From: the human T2T-CHM13v2.0 reference genome, Homo sapiens
Length of the DNA: 64,000 nucleotides
NCBI RefSeq assembly: GCF_009914755.1
Contig: NC_060930.1
Strand: one strand, 5' to 3'
The notes beneath the pieces were generated by a model. The model did no database searches. It worked only from the letters and a program-made list of their open reading frames with translations, and had not been told where the DNA came from. Shown here piece after piece: positions 14,855 to 28,252 of the stretch; position 1 is the first letter of the stretch, and every line of letters starts with the position of its first letter. Position numbers and translations under genes: made by a program.

Positions 14855-15630
14855 TGTTCATTTATTAAACAAATGTTTATTGAATGTTGACCATGGGCAA
14901 GCACCATTGTAGCCAGTGGGGAGTCAGAGGAAAAAGTGTCATTATCTCCGCTTTTATGGATCTTATGTGCAGTAAACAAGAAATGTATACATGCAGAAGA
15001 AAAATATCAGAGAGTAATAAGTATTATAGAGAATTCAAATCTGATAGTATAATGAAGTAAATTGGTGGCTAGTTTAGATTAAATGGCCAGGAATTAGCTC
15101 TCTGAAGAGGTGTCATTTGAGCTGGTATCTGAAAGATAAGAAGTAGCTAGCCATAAAAATTCAGTGGGAAGAGTATCCCAACCAGAACAAACCAGGCCAA
15201 GTATAGAGACAGAGGAGTGTAGTTGGTTTCATCGTGAGCAACTCATTGGAGAAATGGCTTGAGATGAGACTGGAGGGAGAGATAGAGAGCAGCATCCTCA
15301 GAGAAAAACGTTATTTCCAAGTGCAATGAAAAGAAACAGGAGTGTTTTATGTGGGAGGGTAACATGACCTGAATTACTTTTCAAGAGCATCACGCAGCAG
15401 GTCACCTGTGCGGAGAGGGTTTTAGAGGACAAGGGGGAAGCAGGAAGAGCACTGAGGAGGCCATGCAAGATCCCAAACCAGTTGAAAGACGGTAATGGTT
15501 TGAACAAAGGCAGTGGAGATAGAGGTGAAGAGCAGTAGATTTGGGGGAAATGTTTAGGATATAGGCACAGCAGGGCTTGTTGACGTGGGCAATGAGGAAG
15601 AAAGAGGAATTCAGGATAAGCTCTTGACAT
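14855..15630 (-). mobile_element. L2a LINE 3' region
   Basis: TTCATTTATTAAACAAATGTTTATTGAATG...CTCTGAAGAGGTGTCATTTGAGCTG...GGCAGTGGAGATAGAGGTGAAGAGCAG. Confidence 0.75.
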
Positions 15631-16039
15631 TGCACAGAGTTCAGTTAAAATGGGAACTGAGAAAACACTGTGCTTTTAGGGAAAAAACTCACATCTGAAG
15701 CTTTTCCAAATTATGCAGAAAAAAGAAAATAATCACACAACAGGCACATGTGGCTGGAGTTCAAAGACAGCATAATAACAGTCTTTTAAAAACCATTATA
15801 TTACTGCTACATTTGTCGTTCAAATGATGACTGGAGCTTGACCAAGGAATTCAAATGAAAAAGTAACAGGCAACACAAAGATGCTTTATAAATTCAAAAA
15901 TGCAGATGCTAAGTAAAATAAACACAGATTCACCTCACTCAAACCATATTTAAGCCTGGGTAATTTGTATATTCATTTAATTTCCATGAGTGCATTCGAG
16001 TGAGATTTTGGAGGGTTTTCTTTCTGCAAGTGTATCAGA

Positions 16040-16565
16040 AACTATCCCTCTAAATGAGTATTGTCCCCTTCAAAATAACTGCTCTGGGAGAAAATAAACT
16101 TATTCTAATGATATTGTAATTGCTCAAAAATTGTCTTGGAACTGCTCTGTGAGATTTACTTTCAGAGCCAGTAGCACATTCTCAGAGCAACAAGTCTACA
16201 TCACTGAGGGTGGGCTAATTCAAAGACAGTCTGAGGCTGAGAGCCCTGCATGGCTGATGAAGTTCAGTTCTCTCATTGTCGCTCTGCGGTGTTCTCAGAA
16301 AGGGCGCGGCAAGTGAGCCCACGCTCTCTGGTGTGTGCAGGCTGTCACACCCACAGAGCACTCAGACACCGTAAGAATTCTGTACGATAAGCCTGATGGA
16401 CAGGTTAACCTCGTGGGCTGAATTTTTTATGAGCGAAGCCATCGATATCAAAGAAACAAGTCCACATTGTACTCAGAGGCAATTCTTTGGTGTAATCTTT
16501 TTTCTTAGGGCAGGGATAGTGTATGTTCCACTCCAATTCTGATAATTTCTTTCTACACCATCCTA
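16040..16565 (-). mobile_element. Ancient mariner fossil (MARNA-type) with decayed DD34D transposase segment
   Basis: Minus-strand translation gives EW..PCPKK, TMWTCFFDIDGFAHKKFSPRG*PVHQAYRTEFLRCL, PAHT, then NVLLALKV and (after a frameshift) FEQLQYH*NKFIFSQSSYFEGDN, collinear with mariner motifs VFFDxxG, HDNAPAH and RWxKCIxxxGDYFE. Confidence 0.85.
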
Positions 16566-17653
16566 GATAGGACATGTTTTACCATTGATTTCTATGTTTT
16601 AATATATCATGTTTCCACGTCTTGGTTCAGGGAAGACGGCATACATCTATACACCTTCCCATATACCTAATGGGAAGGCTTCTCTGCCTGTTCTTTAGTA
16701 CAAAATACAAGTACAACTTTTCAGAACTTGCCTCATTTCTGAGTTTTACTTTTAAGAATGCCTACATACCTTTGTCTAAATTAAAAATTTTAGCCCTCCT
16801 TCTGATAGTTAATTGCTTATTTGAATGCACCAAATGTCTGATATTCTTAAAGATTCCATGATTATACTGTAAATGGATGAATGGTTCCAACATTTTCAGG
16901 CACTTTTTTTTTAAGAATGGAAAATATATTGACATTGCTTTTTCTCATAAACTTCTCTTGACATGTCTAGTGTCTCATTTTGCATATTTGTTCAGTCACA
17001 CATAGAAAAAAAAGAACAAAGTTATTTGCTGTCTGAAATTGCTGCTAGTTTACATGTTGTCAAAAGCAACATGTAATTCTATTCACTTCCTTTGCTAACA
17101 CAAGAAGGACTGGCCAAAGTATCACTGTTGCTGGTAGAATAGGAATTTATATTATTCTTCTGATGATTTAGATATAATTGCTCATGTACTCAAATTTACT
17201 ACACAGAATAAATAATTTAGTGTACTTTGTAATTGATTACGTAATTGTTTTACTTCCCATGTAAAAAAAATTAAAGGAGTAGAAGCACTCTATTTTTGGA
17301 TCAATCCTAAAATCATCTCCTTTCAGGTATAGGCACCCCTTACCTTTCCCTTCCACCCCAAACAAACACTACTGGGTCAGGACATTTTCCTCCAAAGAGT
17401 TACTTTATGAAAATATGTTACTTGGAGGCAAGATTTATTTTCAACTGTGATGGACATCTGGGCTCTAGCCTAAAAGAAAGAGGGAGGAGAAAGCTGATAT
17501 AACAGGACAAAAGGATCTTAGGGATGTGCCTCAATGGTATATTATTGAGCCCTGTAATAGTTAGCTCTGAAATGAAGTTACAAGATGTTCTAGATGTGAA
17601 CACTTCCTGGACTTGATGGACCAAACATTGGGCTCTCCTGTCACAAATGAATA

Positions 17654-17792
17654 TAGTCAGGGTCGACAGATACAGAAGGTCAACTATACTCCATTTTATA
17701 TATGAGACTAGAGCATCCATGAATTTTTGTATCTGGCGGGGGTGGGGGATCTTGGAAATCAATCCTTCATGGATACCAACGGACAAGGGCAT
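17654..17792. mobile_element. MER2-family (Tigger-type) fragment
   Basis: CCATTTTATATATGAGACTAGAGCATCCATGAATTTTTGTATC...AATCCTTCATGGATACCAACGGAC resembles a MER2 end. Confidence 0.65.
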
Positions 17793-18339
17793 ACAGAAGA
17801 GAAAGAAACTTCAGTCATTCCTTGTGCATGTGGCTTACGTGTAAAAGTGCAGTCAAAATGCTTTTTTCAATTTTATCATTGACTCACATTTATTAGTTTG
17901 ATGCAACTTGAGATCAACTAAGAGTTCATTGTCAAGATTTGTCTTGTATTTAAAAGCAGGCAAAGGTAAAGTTAAAATGCATTATCCTTTCGTTTTCAAT
18001 ACCATTCTTAAACCAAATTAAGGAAAGTCCAAATTTAAAAATCAGGTCTAGTTGTAACTTCATTTTAAAGATGGAACCTGGGTGTTCAGATAGCTTTCAT
18101 TGGTAGTGCTGATGAAAACTAATTAACAATAGCATCAAAAGTATGCTGTTACTGCCAGAGACTTTCTCATTTAACCTTTCAAAGCTGTATGAAAACTACA
18201 CAAAATTTAGCCACATGGCTAAAGAGTTATGTCTTCTAAAGCTTCCCCGCATTCTAAGAATGTTAATTTTTCATATCAACAAACAAGAACATAAGTAGAT
18301 TATATATTTAAAAATGTAATAAAATCCAGGATATCCCTG

Positions 18340-18482
18340 CCACTACATACATGCAACCAATATAATCCCCTATGTTGTTCTATAATTAAAATGAATGAAA
18401 TTCTAGAAATTCCACTATGTATATGCAACCAATATTATCCCCTATATTGCTCTATAATTATGATGAATTAAATTGTAGAAAT
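18340..18482. repeat. Two-copy 72-bp tandem duplication
   Basis: CCACTACATACATGCAACCAATATAATCCCCTAT... at 18340 repeated as CCACTATGTATATGCAACCAATATTATCCCCTAT... at 18412. Confidence 0.9.
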
Positions 18483-19899
18483 ATGTAAGCAAATTTAGCT
18501 AAAGAGATAAAACAAACAATGCACACGCTATAGATGTATACAGTTTTTCAACTTTCTGAATAAGCATTCCCAGAAAAACGAAACTGCTTAATGATTCAAT
18601 CAAGTTTAATCCTAACACTTACCTATGTGCCACTTTGGATGTAAACAAAAAATATCAATTTCAGATATAATTATATATAGCTCAGAAGTATATCCTTCTG
18701 GTTTGAGTTGAATACAGCACTGAGAAATCACACAAAGGACTAAACTGTTACAGGTATACAATTCTATTTTTGTAGATGAATAATTGGTCATTCATATCCC
18801 TGTCTGCTGCATGCCCTTTGTATCCTTCTATTGAATCACCAGTTCCCTATTCCATAAAACATGACTTTGTTTTAGGGGCACCAGCTTTTTTATGCTCCTT
18901 TTCTTTGTTTTTTCCTGTCATGTCCCTGTTTCTCTGTATTGATATTCCATTTAAATTGTTTAATATCCTCCTGATTTGGGTTCATGATCATTTTCCTTAT
19001 CATTTTAGTTTTTTGTTGTTGTTGTCTTTCAATTCTTCCTCTCTACCTGTAACTGTTTTCTTCTTTTGATGCCTACCAAAGGATAGTGAGTGAAACAATT
19101 TGCTCTAGTTTATTTAGGTTTTTGTTTTATCTTGCTTTAATGAGATTTTGTTCTTTCTCAATTGTCTCTCTTTTCTTGTACTTTTTGTGTAGTAGGGCCA
19201 TTCCTCCAAGGAAAAAAAAACAAAAAAAACACCAAGACAGGATTAAATGTGCAAATATTCTATTGGGGAAAATTACTATGTCAAAAAAGGATCCAAGTAA
19301 GATTGGGAGAGCCATGAGACTGCTATGCATGTTTTACCCCAGTGAAGGTTGTGGGGAAACAGCCTAGACTTCTACTCAATGTAGGGCATGATCAGGATTG
19401 GCAGCACCTACCAGCACAGCAGAAGTGCTAGCCCTTGCCCCGGAATTATCTGGACTACTTCTGCATGCCCAGAAAATGTTGAGGATGTTTTAGCATAACA
19501 ATCTTCAGAGGTATTCATCCAGATGTCCTCTATGATTCAGGTTCTCAGAATTCCCCTGGTACGGCACTGGTTCCATGAGATACCTGCCTGCTCTGAGCAT
19601 TCCAGTGTTGGAACTCCGAAATCCTACCAATTAGGTCTCCAGCCTGCAGTGTCTGCCTTTCCACTACAAGTAATAAGGACATCTTTCTAGGCAACCTTGG
19701 AAGTTCTCTGGTTCTTACGGTTTAGCTTGATTATTAACAGCTCTCAGCGTCTCACTGTTCTTTTCTCTTATTATCATTATCTAGGTTTTCAATACAATTT
19801 AGCAGCAATTAGCCAACTCAAATGCTTTGTAGGCATTGTATGAACTCATGGTACCTGCAGAACTGAGACTTTGTTGCCAATAGCAGAGTCCTAAATAAC

Positions 19900-20870
19900 A
19901 CAGCCATATGATAATATTTCCTGCCTCTTTTTCTCCAGTTGGTCACTCCTGTTTCCTGAAATGACTCCTTCCAAAATAACTGCCTGCACACAAGTCCTTG
20001 TTTCAGGTTCTACTCTCCAAGGAACTCAAACTAAGACAGTTGATTCCCAGAATATCCAGAGAGCAACGCCTCATGATGGGATTCTGGACCTAGATCACTC
20101 ACCAGATAGACAAGAACATCTATTAAATGCTGGTGGTGGCAACCATAATGGGGACTGTAGCATCACAATGACCAAGTCCCTGATCACAGTGGAGGAAAAA
20201 GCATTCAGTTAGACAGTCATCCTAGCACCTGAACAATATGGAACAAAAGTATAGCCATAAAGACCTTGGAATTGGCTGGCATTTGTTGCCATGGAAGTCT
20301 TAAAGAGAAATCTTTAAGAATGCAAAGATCTAAAGGATCCCATTGTATCTTTTTCTTCCTGAAAGACCCTGAAAATATATAAATTAAAATGAACCGGTTA
20401 AAGTGAATGTAAAAACTAGTCAAAGATATCAGCAGACTCCCTGGCACTTAAAACATGGCCATTGACCTGTTGAATGATTCTTTTATGACTCAAACAGTTG
20501 AGGTGGAGGGATTGCTACCAACAAAAATAATAGGCAGAAACCAAAACTATTCCAAAGTCACTAAGGGCAGCCTGGAAAGACAGAGAAAGTTGTGTGGAGA
20601 ATGGGAACATCTTAGCCTATGGAGATGGTAAATGCAGGTTAATGCTCAGATTCCTGTTTTCACGCACACATTTTCCAAAAGCATACTCTTTTCTTTGCTG
20701 AGCTCTGGTTAAGCAGAGCTCATCTTGGCTACAGCAGCAACATCTGAAATGCATCAATCTTCCCTGTCATACTCTCCCCACAAGTGTGACCTGTGGTTAC
20801 CTCCCAATAAATTACATGTACCCAAGTCCTTGTCTCATGCTTTGCTTTCAAAGGACCCCAAACTAAGAAT
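19900..20870 (+). mobile_element. ERVL remnant: LTR16-like 3' end, internal piece, second LTR16-like end
   Basis: Two related termini: CAAAATAACTGCCTGCACACAAGTCCTTGTTTCAGG...CAAACTAAGACA (~19970-20038) and CAAATAAATTACATGTACCCAAGTCCTTGTCTCATG...CAAACTAAGAA (~20805-20869). Confidence 0.55.
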
Positions 20871-21160
20871 GACAATAATCAGCTCTGCCAGCTTCTGGTT
20901 TGGTCAGAGCCTACATGATCAGATGACTCTGGAGACGGCAGTAGCAACAGAGGGAAAGGAATTGTGTCCTGGGAAAGCCAGGCAAGCTCAGACTCAATGA
21001 TATCTGCATCAGTATGTATGATGATGAACAAGCCAGCCCTTTGTAGAGTGCGTTTAGATTTTGCCTTACTCATCTGCCATCTTTCTCTAGCTTTAATACT
21101 TACACCTGATTCAAGGTTTCTGCATCTGAGGTTTACCTACATAACATAGTAGTTATTAAA

Positions 21161-21293
21161 CCCATTTATGCCTAGTGTTCCATTATTAGAACACTAAGCA
21201 TGTGGGAGTTATTTATATCCTACTGCTCAAGGTCATTGTCAGGGTCTAATTGCAAAAGTACAAAAAAAAATTGCAACCTCAGGCATAAATGGG
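21161..21293. mobile_element. MER85 piggyBac MITE (PGBD3-derived)
   Basis: Perfect 13-bp TIRs CCCATTTATGCCT...AGGCATAAATGGG, flanking TTAA, internal near-palindrome GTTCCATTATTAGAAC. Confidence 0.93.
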
Positions 21294-21566
21294 TTAAAAA
21301 CTCCTGCAAGAGCAAGGTAAACACTGTGGGCAACTGTTAGAATGAAGGACTGAGCTGATTATTGAGTTAAAGAGTGGGGCAAAGGGGCACAACAGAGGAC
21401 TCCAGTTACCAGAATACTAGTATATATGTGGTCACAGGAACAATATGGAAATCCTGTTGTTAGAATTAGACTTCAGTTTAAGAACCACACTTATAATAAG
21501 GTTATCTGGAGGCGGAATCCTGGAATGCCTCATCACTGACAGCATCCCATATCCTAAAATATGGTA

Positions 21567-21906
21567 AATAGCACAGAGCAGAATGGTGCTTACCAGAGGC
21601 TGGAGAATGGAAGAATGGGGAGAAGGTCAAAGGGTAGAAAGCCTCAGAAGAATTAAGGGGGTTTTTTGAGGTCTATTTACAGTGTGATGAGTATAGTTAA
21701 TAATAGTGCATTGTACATTTCAAAATCTCTAAATTTCAAATGTTCTCACCACCAAAAAAAGATGATGAGTATTTGAGGTGACAGATAGGTCAATTAGCTT
21801 GATTTAATTATTCCACATTGTATTCATAAATCATAACATCACTTTGTGCTTCATAAATATGTTACAAGTAAAATCTGTCAATTTAAATAAAAATTTTAAA
21901 ATGAAA
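21567..21906 (+). mobile_element. L1MA 3' end
   Basis: AGAATGGTGCTTACCAGAGGCTGG...TGTTCTCACCAC...TAGCTTGATTTAATTATTCCACATTGTA; TSD TAAAATATGGT on both sides. Confidence 0.85.
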
Positions 21907-23331
21907 TAAAATATGGTTAAACTCAGGCTGTGATCAGTCACTGAGAAGGGGATGTGGAACTTTCAAGGTCCTGCTAGCACTGGAGCTAACGTCACAATTT
22001 CAGAATTATGTGGCATTCCAATGGCGTTTCTCCCCTCTTAAAGTGGGAACGAAACCAACAATACCAACCCTGCACTCTTCCTAGATATAAGTTAAAAAGT
22101 CTTCTATAAATTAAACCTTAGAAATGCCTCTCTCCCTTCTCTCATTTGTAGATTAGTGAATCAGACCCATGATCTAGAAGTATTTTTTATTGTATGTTAG
22201 TTATCAATAGATTTTTAAGAAAGTTACTGACATTTATGACAGTACGTATAGTTTATTTCCCTCTAAATGTTCTCTTCCCTTTTCTTGATGAGGGTCAATA
22301 TCAGCCTATTTCTTCCACATATAAGGAAAACTTTTTGTCTACTAAATCATCACTCTTTAACCTTCTGCTTTTCCCGTAGTATACCCAAAGTTGAGCTTCA
22401 CCTGAATGTCAGTATGCTAAAGGTTTCCTCATTTATAATAACTTTAATAGCATTATATGTCACTATTAATTCACGTAGCTTGCTTACATTCCTAAAAACG
22501 TTTTAATTTTAGTGTTGCCTCACTCACATCTGTCTTCATTCCTCCGGCTACTATCCCTACCCTTCATCATTTACTCTACGGCATAATATCACCTACATCC
22601 TAATCAAAATAAAGCAATGGCCTCAATGCTATGGCCCCTTCCTGACAGGTAAATTTGTGGGTTCAGCAACCTTTGAAATGCCCCCATAAAAGCAACTTCA
22701 AACATTTAAAAATGTGTATTCACAAACTCACATAAATTTTTTGGTGGTGTGATGCTGAGACCCAAATGCAATGATTTAATGTTGCACAGTTAATCTGTGA
22801 GAAACTGTATCTATTACTTAGGTACTGACTATAACAATGCTAATACCAAGCTTTTTTCTCAAAAAGCAGTGTAAACAATATACTTGTGGAGTTAGAGATA
22901 AAAGTTCACAGTAATCATGACAATCTTGATCCAAACACATTTATGATGTTGCTCTATTGTTTACATGGCCCTTTGTGTTTGATTCGGTACCATCTTCATT
23001 CTCAATAAATCTGAGGCATTTGCATTAAACCAAAGAACAATTACATGGTATTATGATGTCTGGAAATATTCTTTTTCATCAAACCTGGATTGTTTTACTA
23101 TGCCTGAGTTGGACTCAGGATATTCTCTGGGATGTTGACCTAGGCAGGTTTTCTCGTAGAGGTCGAGGGCAGCCTTCACCCCTTCTGAGAAAGAGTTTAC
23201 CTCCTAATGTTGTGAGATTCAAATGCTTCTTCCACCTTTCCTTTTTTATTTCTCCTAAAGAGCACTTTGAGGTATTTTTATTTTCTATATTCTATTTAAT
23301 TGGTATAAAATTACATTACAACAAAACATGA

Positions 23332-23727
<396 letters not shown>

Positions 23728-26700
23728 AATAGTTACTATTTATTAATAATATCATGTGTTCTGTCTGTCAAGTATTATTGACATTTATTATCTTCTGTCC
23801 TTGTTGAATGCCTGAGCACTCAGCTGGGCCTGAAAAAACCTAGCAGGAGCAGGTTTTCTTTGATATATTCTGGAACTGTTCTCTCCATGAAGTGTCATCT
23901 TTTCCTTATATTTAGATCAAAATAAAGATAAGCAGACACATACAAAATTTAAGATCATACTTAGATTTCAAAACCTGTCATCTAAGGCTCTGCCTAATTT
24001 ACTTACCAAACTTTGCAAACAAATATCCTTTTCAAACATTTTATTACATAGTCAATGATCTAGTATATCTATATCACTTATTAAATTATGCTCATATTTC
24101 ACAGCTTTTTGTATTCACATCCTTATCCATGCAGTTTCTTCCACCTAGAATGCTCTCTCCCAATTTGTGTCTTAGCTTTTTGTTTGTTTTTGCATATAAG
24201 CCATCGTTCACGGTGCAGTTTAAATGGTACCATATTCATGAAGCCTTTTCCAATTGATCCCAAATAGATTTAATATTTTTCCTCTGCTAAACTTCTATAA
24301 CACACCCTTTTTCCATATAATTCTTGCCATTATAGCCATTGTTTGTAGTTACACATGAATTTGTTTCATACCATTTCCTGAAGGAGGCTTCCATAGCTTT
24401 CTTATCCTTTAGATCCAGAAACCACTGATTGCTCTACAGCAAGCATGTGTGTAATAGGCTACATTGAAAGCTACAGGAAGAATGTTACAATAACTATCAG
24501 TTTCATTCTAATATTTTAAGTAACAATCATTTCTAAAATGAGGGGAATTTTTTATGTGCTAGTCATTATCTTGGGTGCAGAATTGTTGTAGAAATGCTTT
24601 GAGGTATATACCCAGATCAGAACAACCCCCTTTCTCCAAAATTGCCACCATTGCATGAAGGGTGGGTCTGTGACAATATTACCCATATTATTTTACCCTC
24701 CATCCTAGCTACAGTTGATTGGCCAGAGGTAAACATTAATTCTTACTAGGCCTGTGTCATCGGAATAGTAGCCCAGGCTGCTGATATTCTACCCTTCCAT
24801 GCAGAGAACAAAAAAGATCTATCAGTAGAAAGAATATACAGACATTTAAGCTTCACTAGCCATCCCACCATGCAACTGTACCTCCCATCAGGTCCCATTC
24901 TGTTGTTCAAGCCTCCCTGTCTTTCCCTCTCCTCTCTCAACCTGTCGCCCCAACGATCACATGTTTATTACATATTATGCTGGGCAGTTTAGCCATCTCT
25001 TTATGTTAACTGTCTCCTTCAAACTATGCCCTTGGTATTCCCTGTTTGGCAGATTGGAAAAATATGATTATATAATATACCTTCTTTGGTTTGTCTAAAC
25101 AAAAATGTTATTTTGTTTTAAACAAATTTGCTCACCTCTAAATCAAATCCTGCCAGCAAAATGATATAGGCAGGTTTATTCAATTACCAATTTCAGATTC
25201 TCAGCTTCCTAGGCTTTCATCTGTAGTGGTGAACTGCAGAGGGGAAGTAGCAGATCTTAACACTTCCAAGGCTCTGAGAGTCAAAGTCACATGCTTCCTT
25301 TGACGAAAGCTTCCAGGGTCTTCTAGGAAGGATGATGCTTAGGCTAAGGTACTGAGTCTTAAAATGCTAAAGTAAACTTAGCTTTTTGATAGCTGCTGTC
25401 CTGATTGGAATTAATGTGGAAATAGGAGGGACCATACTTTATTCTTTTATTACAGCCACTATATTTTGTTAAAATACTTCTTAGTACATTATCTTGGATA
25501 AATCCTAGATGGTATTCATATATTACTCCAAATTACATAAATTATCATATTTTATACAAAAACAATATAGTAAAATAAATATTGCTCTTACTAGGAACAT
25601 CTAAAGCAAAGGAGAAACTGAGATATGACATGAGGCCTGATTTCTGCTACCTGTCCCATGGACTAAACTTTAGTTTCAAATTGGCAGGACAATCCATCCC
25701 TAGTATAATAAATATTTCAATCATGACTTTAGTGAGTCATGTGTAGATTAAAAATCAAAATTACATTAGCTACATGGGAACGGATGTTGCATGTTATAAG
25801 AGATATTAGAGTTCAATGCTAACATTTTGTTCTTTGGGATTCCTTTGTTTGTATGTTTAGGTTCTTTAGAAATGGAAGAGAGGAGAAAGAGGGATCTATC
25901 ATCAGCCCAAATTTGTTTTGCAGAAATAAGGTGGTATATGGTCACAGGTCTGCATGTTTCTGGTTTTTTGTGTTGTTGCTCAATATAGCTATATTTTAGA
26001 TATTATTATTACCATTATTTAAACTGCAAATACCAGTAATATTGCATCTTCCACAGTCTGAATCATTTATGGAGAGAGCTAATAGTCCTCACAAGGAGGT
26101 AGTTTCACACTGGGAAGGTGTTAATAGATATAAACTGTGCAATTTGCTGAAATTGGCATGATATCTTTATTATACCCTCTGAGCTCAATTGGGCCAAATT
26201 TGACACTCTAAATTGCTATAATTTGAAGCTCTCTGGTTTTATTATTAAATATAAGCCTAAAATTTTATATATTTGCAAAGAAAAGATAATTTTCCTAATA
26301 TTTTTAATAATTAATTGTAATTATATGTGGCATTACGGCATCATTACCTTCTTTGAAGACTAAGAGACACAGGTAGACTTCTCAAAGGGAGATAAAGCAG
26401 AAGGCACAGGGGGATCGGTGTGATAACAGCCCAGAGATGGAGAAGTCAGGCTATGCTCAGGGCAGTGGCAAAAATAAGATATGGCAAGAATGTAAGACGC
26501 AGGGGAGAGGTAGAGATAAAACTAGGAAAACAGTCAAATTAGGAAAGTTTTTGAATGACAGGCTGAGGAAATTATATTTTATTCTTTAAGCAATAAAGAT
26601 ATACTAAAGGTTAAAGCAGAGAAGTGATATAGTAGGAGAAGTTCTCAAACTCTGGAAACAGAATACGAGACATCCGGAAGACAACGGCACAAAACAGGAA

Positions 26701-26876
26701 AAAATCATTTAAGGATAAATTGCATATTAATGAATGTGTTATAAATAGGATACTCTAACAATAAACCACTGTAACTTTCATGTCACTCTACTACAAGGAC
26801 CCAGGTCACTCATGATTTAGGATGTGGTAGGATTACTGCCAAACCTCCACTCAAAATAGCTAGGGCAACTATCATA

Positions 26877-28011
26877 CAGTCTTGTGTTGCTTAATGATGG
26901 GGACAGTTCCGAAAAATATGTCTTTGGGTGATTTCATTTTTGTGCAGACATCATAGAATGCACTTACACAAACCTAGATAGTGTAACCTGCTGCACACCT
27001 AAGCTATATGGTATAGCCTATCGCTCCTAAGATAAAAGCTCGTACAACATATTACTGTATGAATATTGTAGGCAATTGTAACGCAATGGTATTTGAGTAT
27101 CTATCAATACCTAAACATAGAAAAGGTACAATAAAAATAGCATACCTGTATAGGGCACTTACTAGGAGTGAAGTTTGCAGGACTAGAAGTTGCTCTGAGT
27201 GAGTCAGTGAGTGAGTGATGAGTAATATTAAGGCCTAGGACGTTACTATACACTGCTGTAGACTTTCTCAACACTGTACACTTAGGCTACACTCATTTTT
27301 AATTTCTTTCTCCAATAATAAATTAACCTTAGCTTACTGTAACTTTTTTATTTTATAAACTTTAACTTTTGACTCTTTTTTAATAATGCTTAGCTTAAAA
27401 TACATATTGCACAGCTGTACAAAACTATTTTTCTTCATATCCTTATTTTATAAGCTTTATTCTATTTTTAAATTTCTTTAACTTTACATTTTTTTGCTAA
27501 AAACTAAGACAACACAATCTGCCTAGGCCTACACAGGGTCGGAGTGACCAATATTGTTGTGTTCTACCACCATATTCTTGTTGCACTGGAAGATCTTCAG
27601 GGGCAATAGCATGCATAGAGCTGTCATCTCTGATAACAATGTCATCTTCTGGAATACCTCCTGAAGGACCTGCCTAAGGCTGCTTTACAGTTAACTTTTT
27701 AAGAAATAAGTAGAGGGAATACACTCTAAAATAATAATTTAAATGTAGTAAATACTTAAATAACAATCACTTATTATCAACTATTATGTACTGTACATAA
27801 TTTTATGTGCTAGACTTTTATAGGACCAGCAGTGCAGGTTTGTATACAACAGTATCACTGCAAACACGTGAATAGTATTGTGCTATGACATTATGGTGGC
27901 TACTGTGTCACTCAGCAATAGCAATTTTTCAGCTCAATTCTAGTATTATGCGACCGACAGTGTATAAACAGCCTATCATTGACCAAAATGTGATTATGTG
28001 GTACATGACTA
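26877..28011. mobile_element. Tigger3b (Golem/MER7-type) DNA transposon, near full length
   Basis: TA|CAGTCTTGTGTTGCTTAATGATGGGG ... TTATGTGGTACATGACTA|TA termini; internal CACTTACACAAACCTAGATAG...CTATATGGTATAGCCTAT. Confidence 0.88.
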
Positions 28012-28094
28012 TATTAGTCAGGCACTATTCTCCCTTGTTTCTACCACCTTAAATAGCCTAATATAAGTGTACAGAAAATGTTTACCAAAAAAAT

Positions 28095-28252
28095 AAACCT
28101 AAAGTCTGCTAATTGCCAAAGATAATGTATTGTCTATGGCTGCTTTTAGGCTATGATAATGAAGTTGAACAGTTGCAACAGAGAAAGTACGATTACAAAG
28201 CCTAAAACTTTTACTATCTGGCCCTTGACAGAAATGGTTTGCCAACCCCTGT
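28095..28252. mobile_element. MER58A fragment (hAT-Charlie)
   Basis: GTCTATGGCTGCTTT...AGTTGCAACAGAGA...AAAGCCTAAAA..TTTACTATCTGGCCCTTGACAGAAA..GTTTGCCAACCCCTG. Confidence 0.75.

Noticed and set aside
23055-23200. Minus-strand open stretch GVKAALDLYEKTCLGQHPREYPESNSG... after a weak acceptor
   Set aside because: About 45 codons, no recognisable homology and no good donor; compatible with chance.
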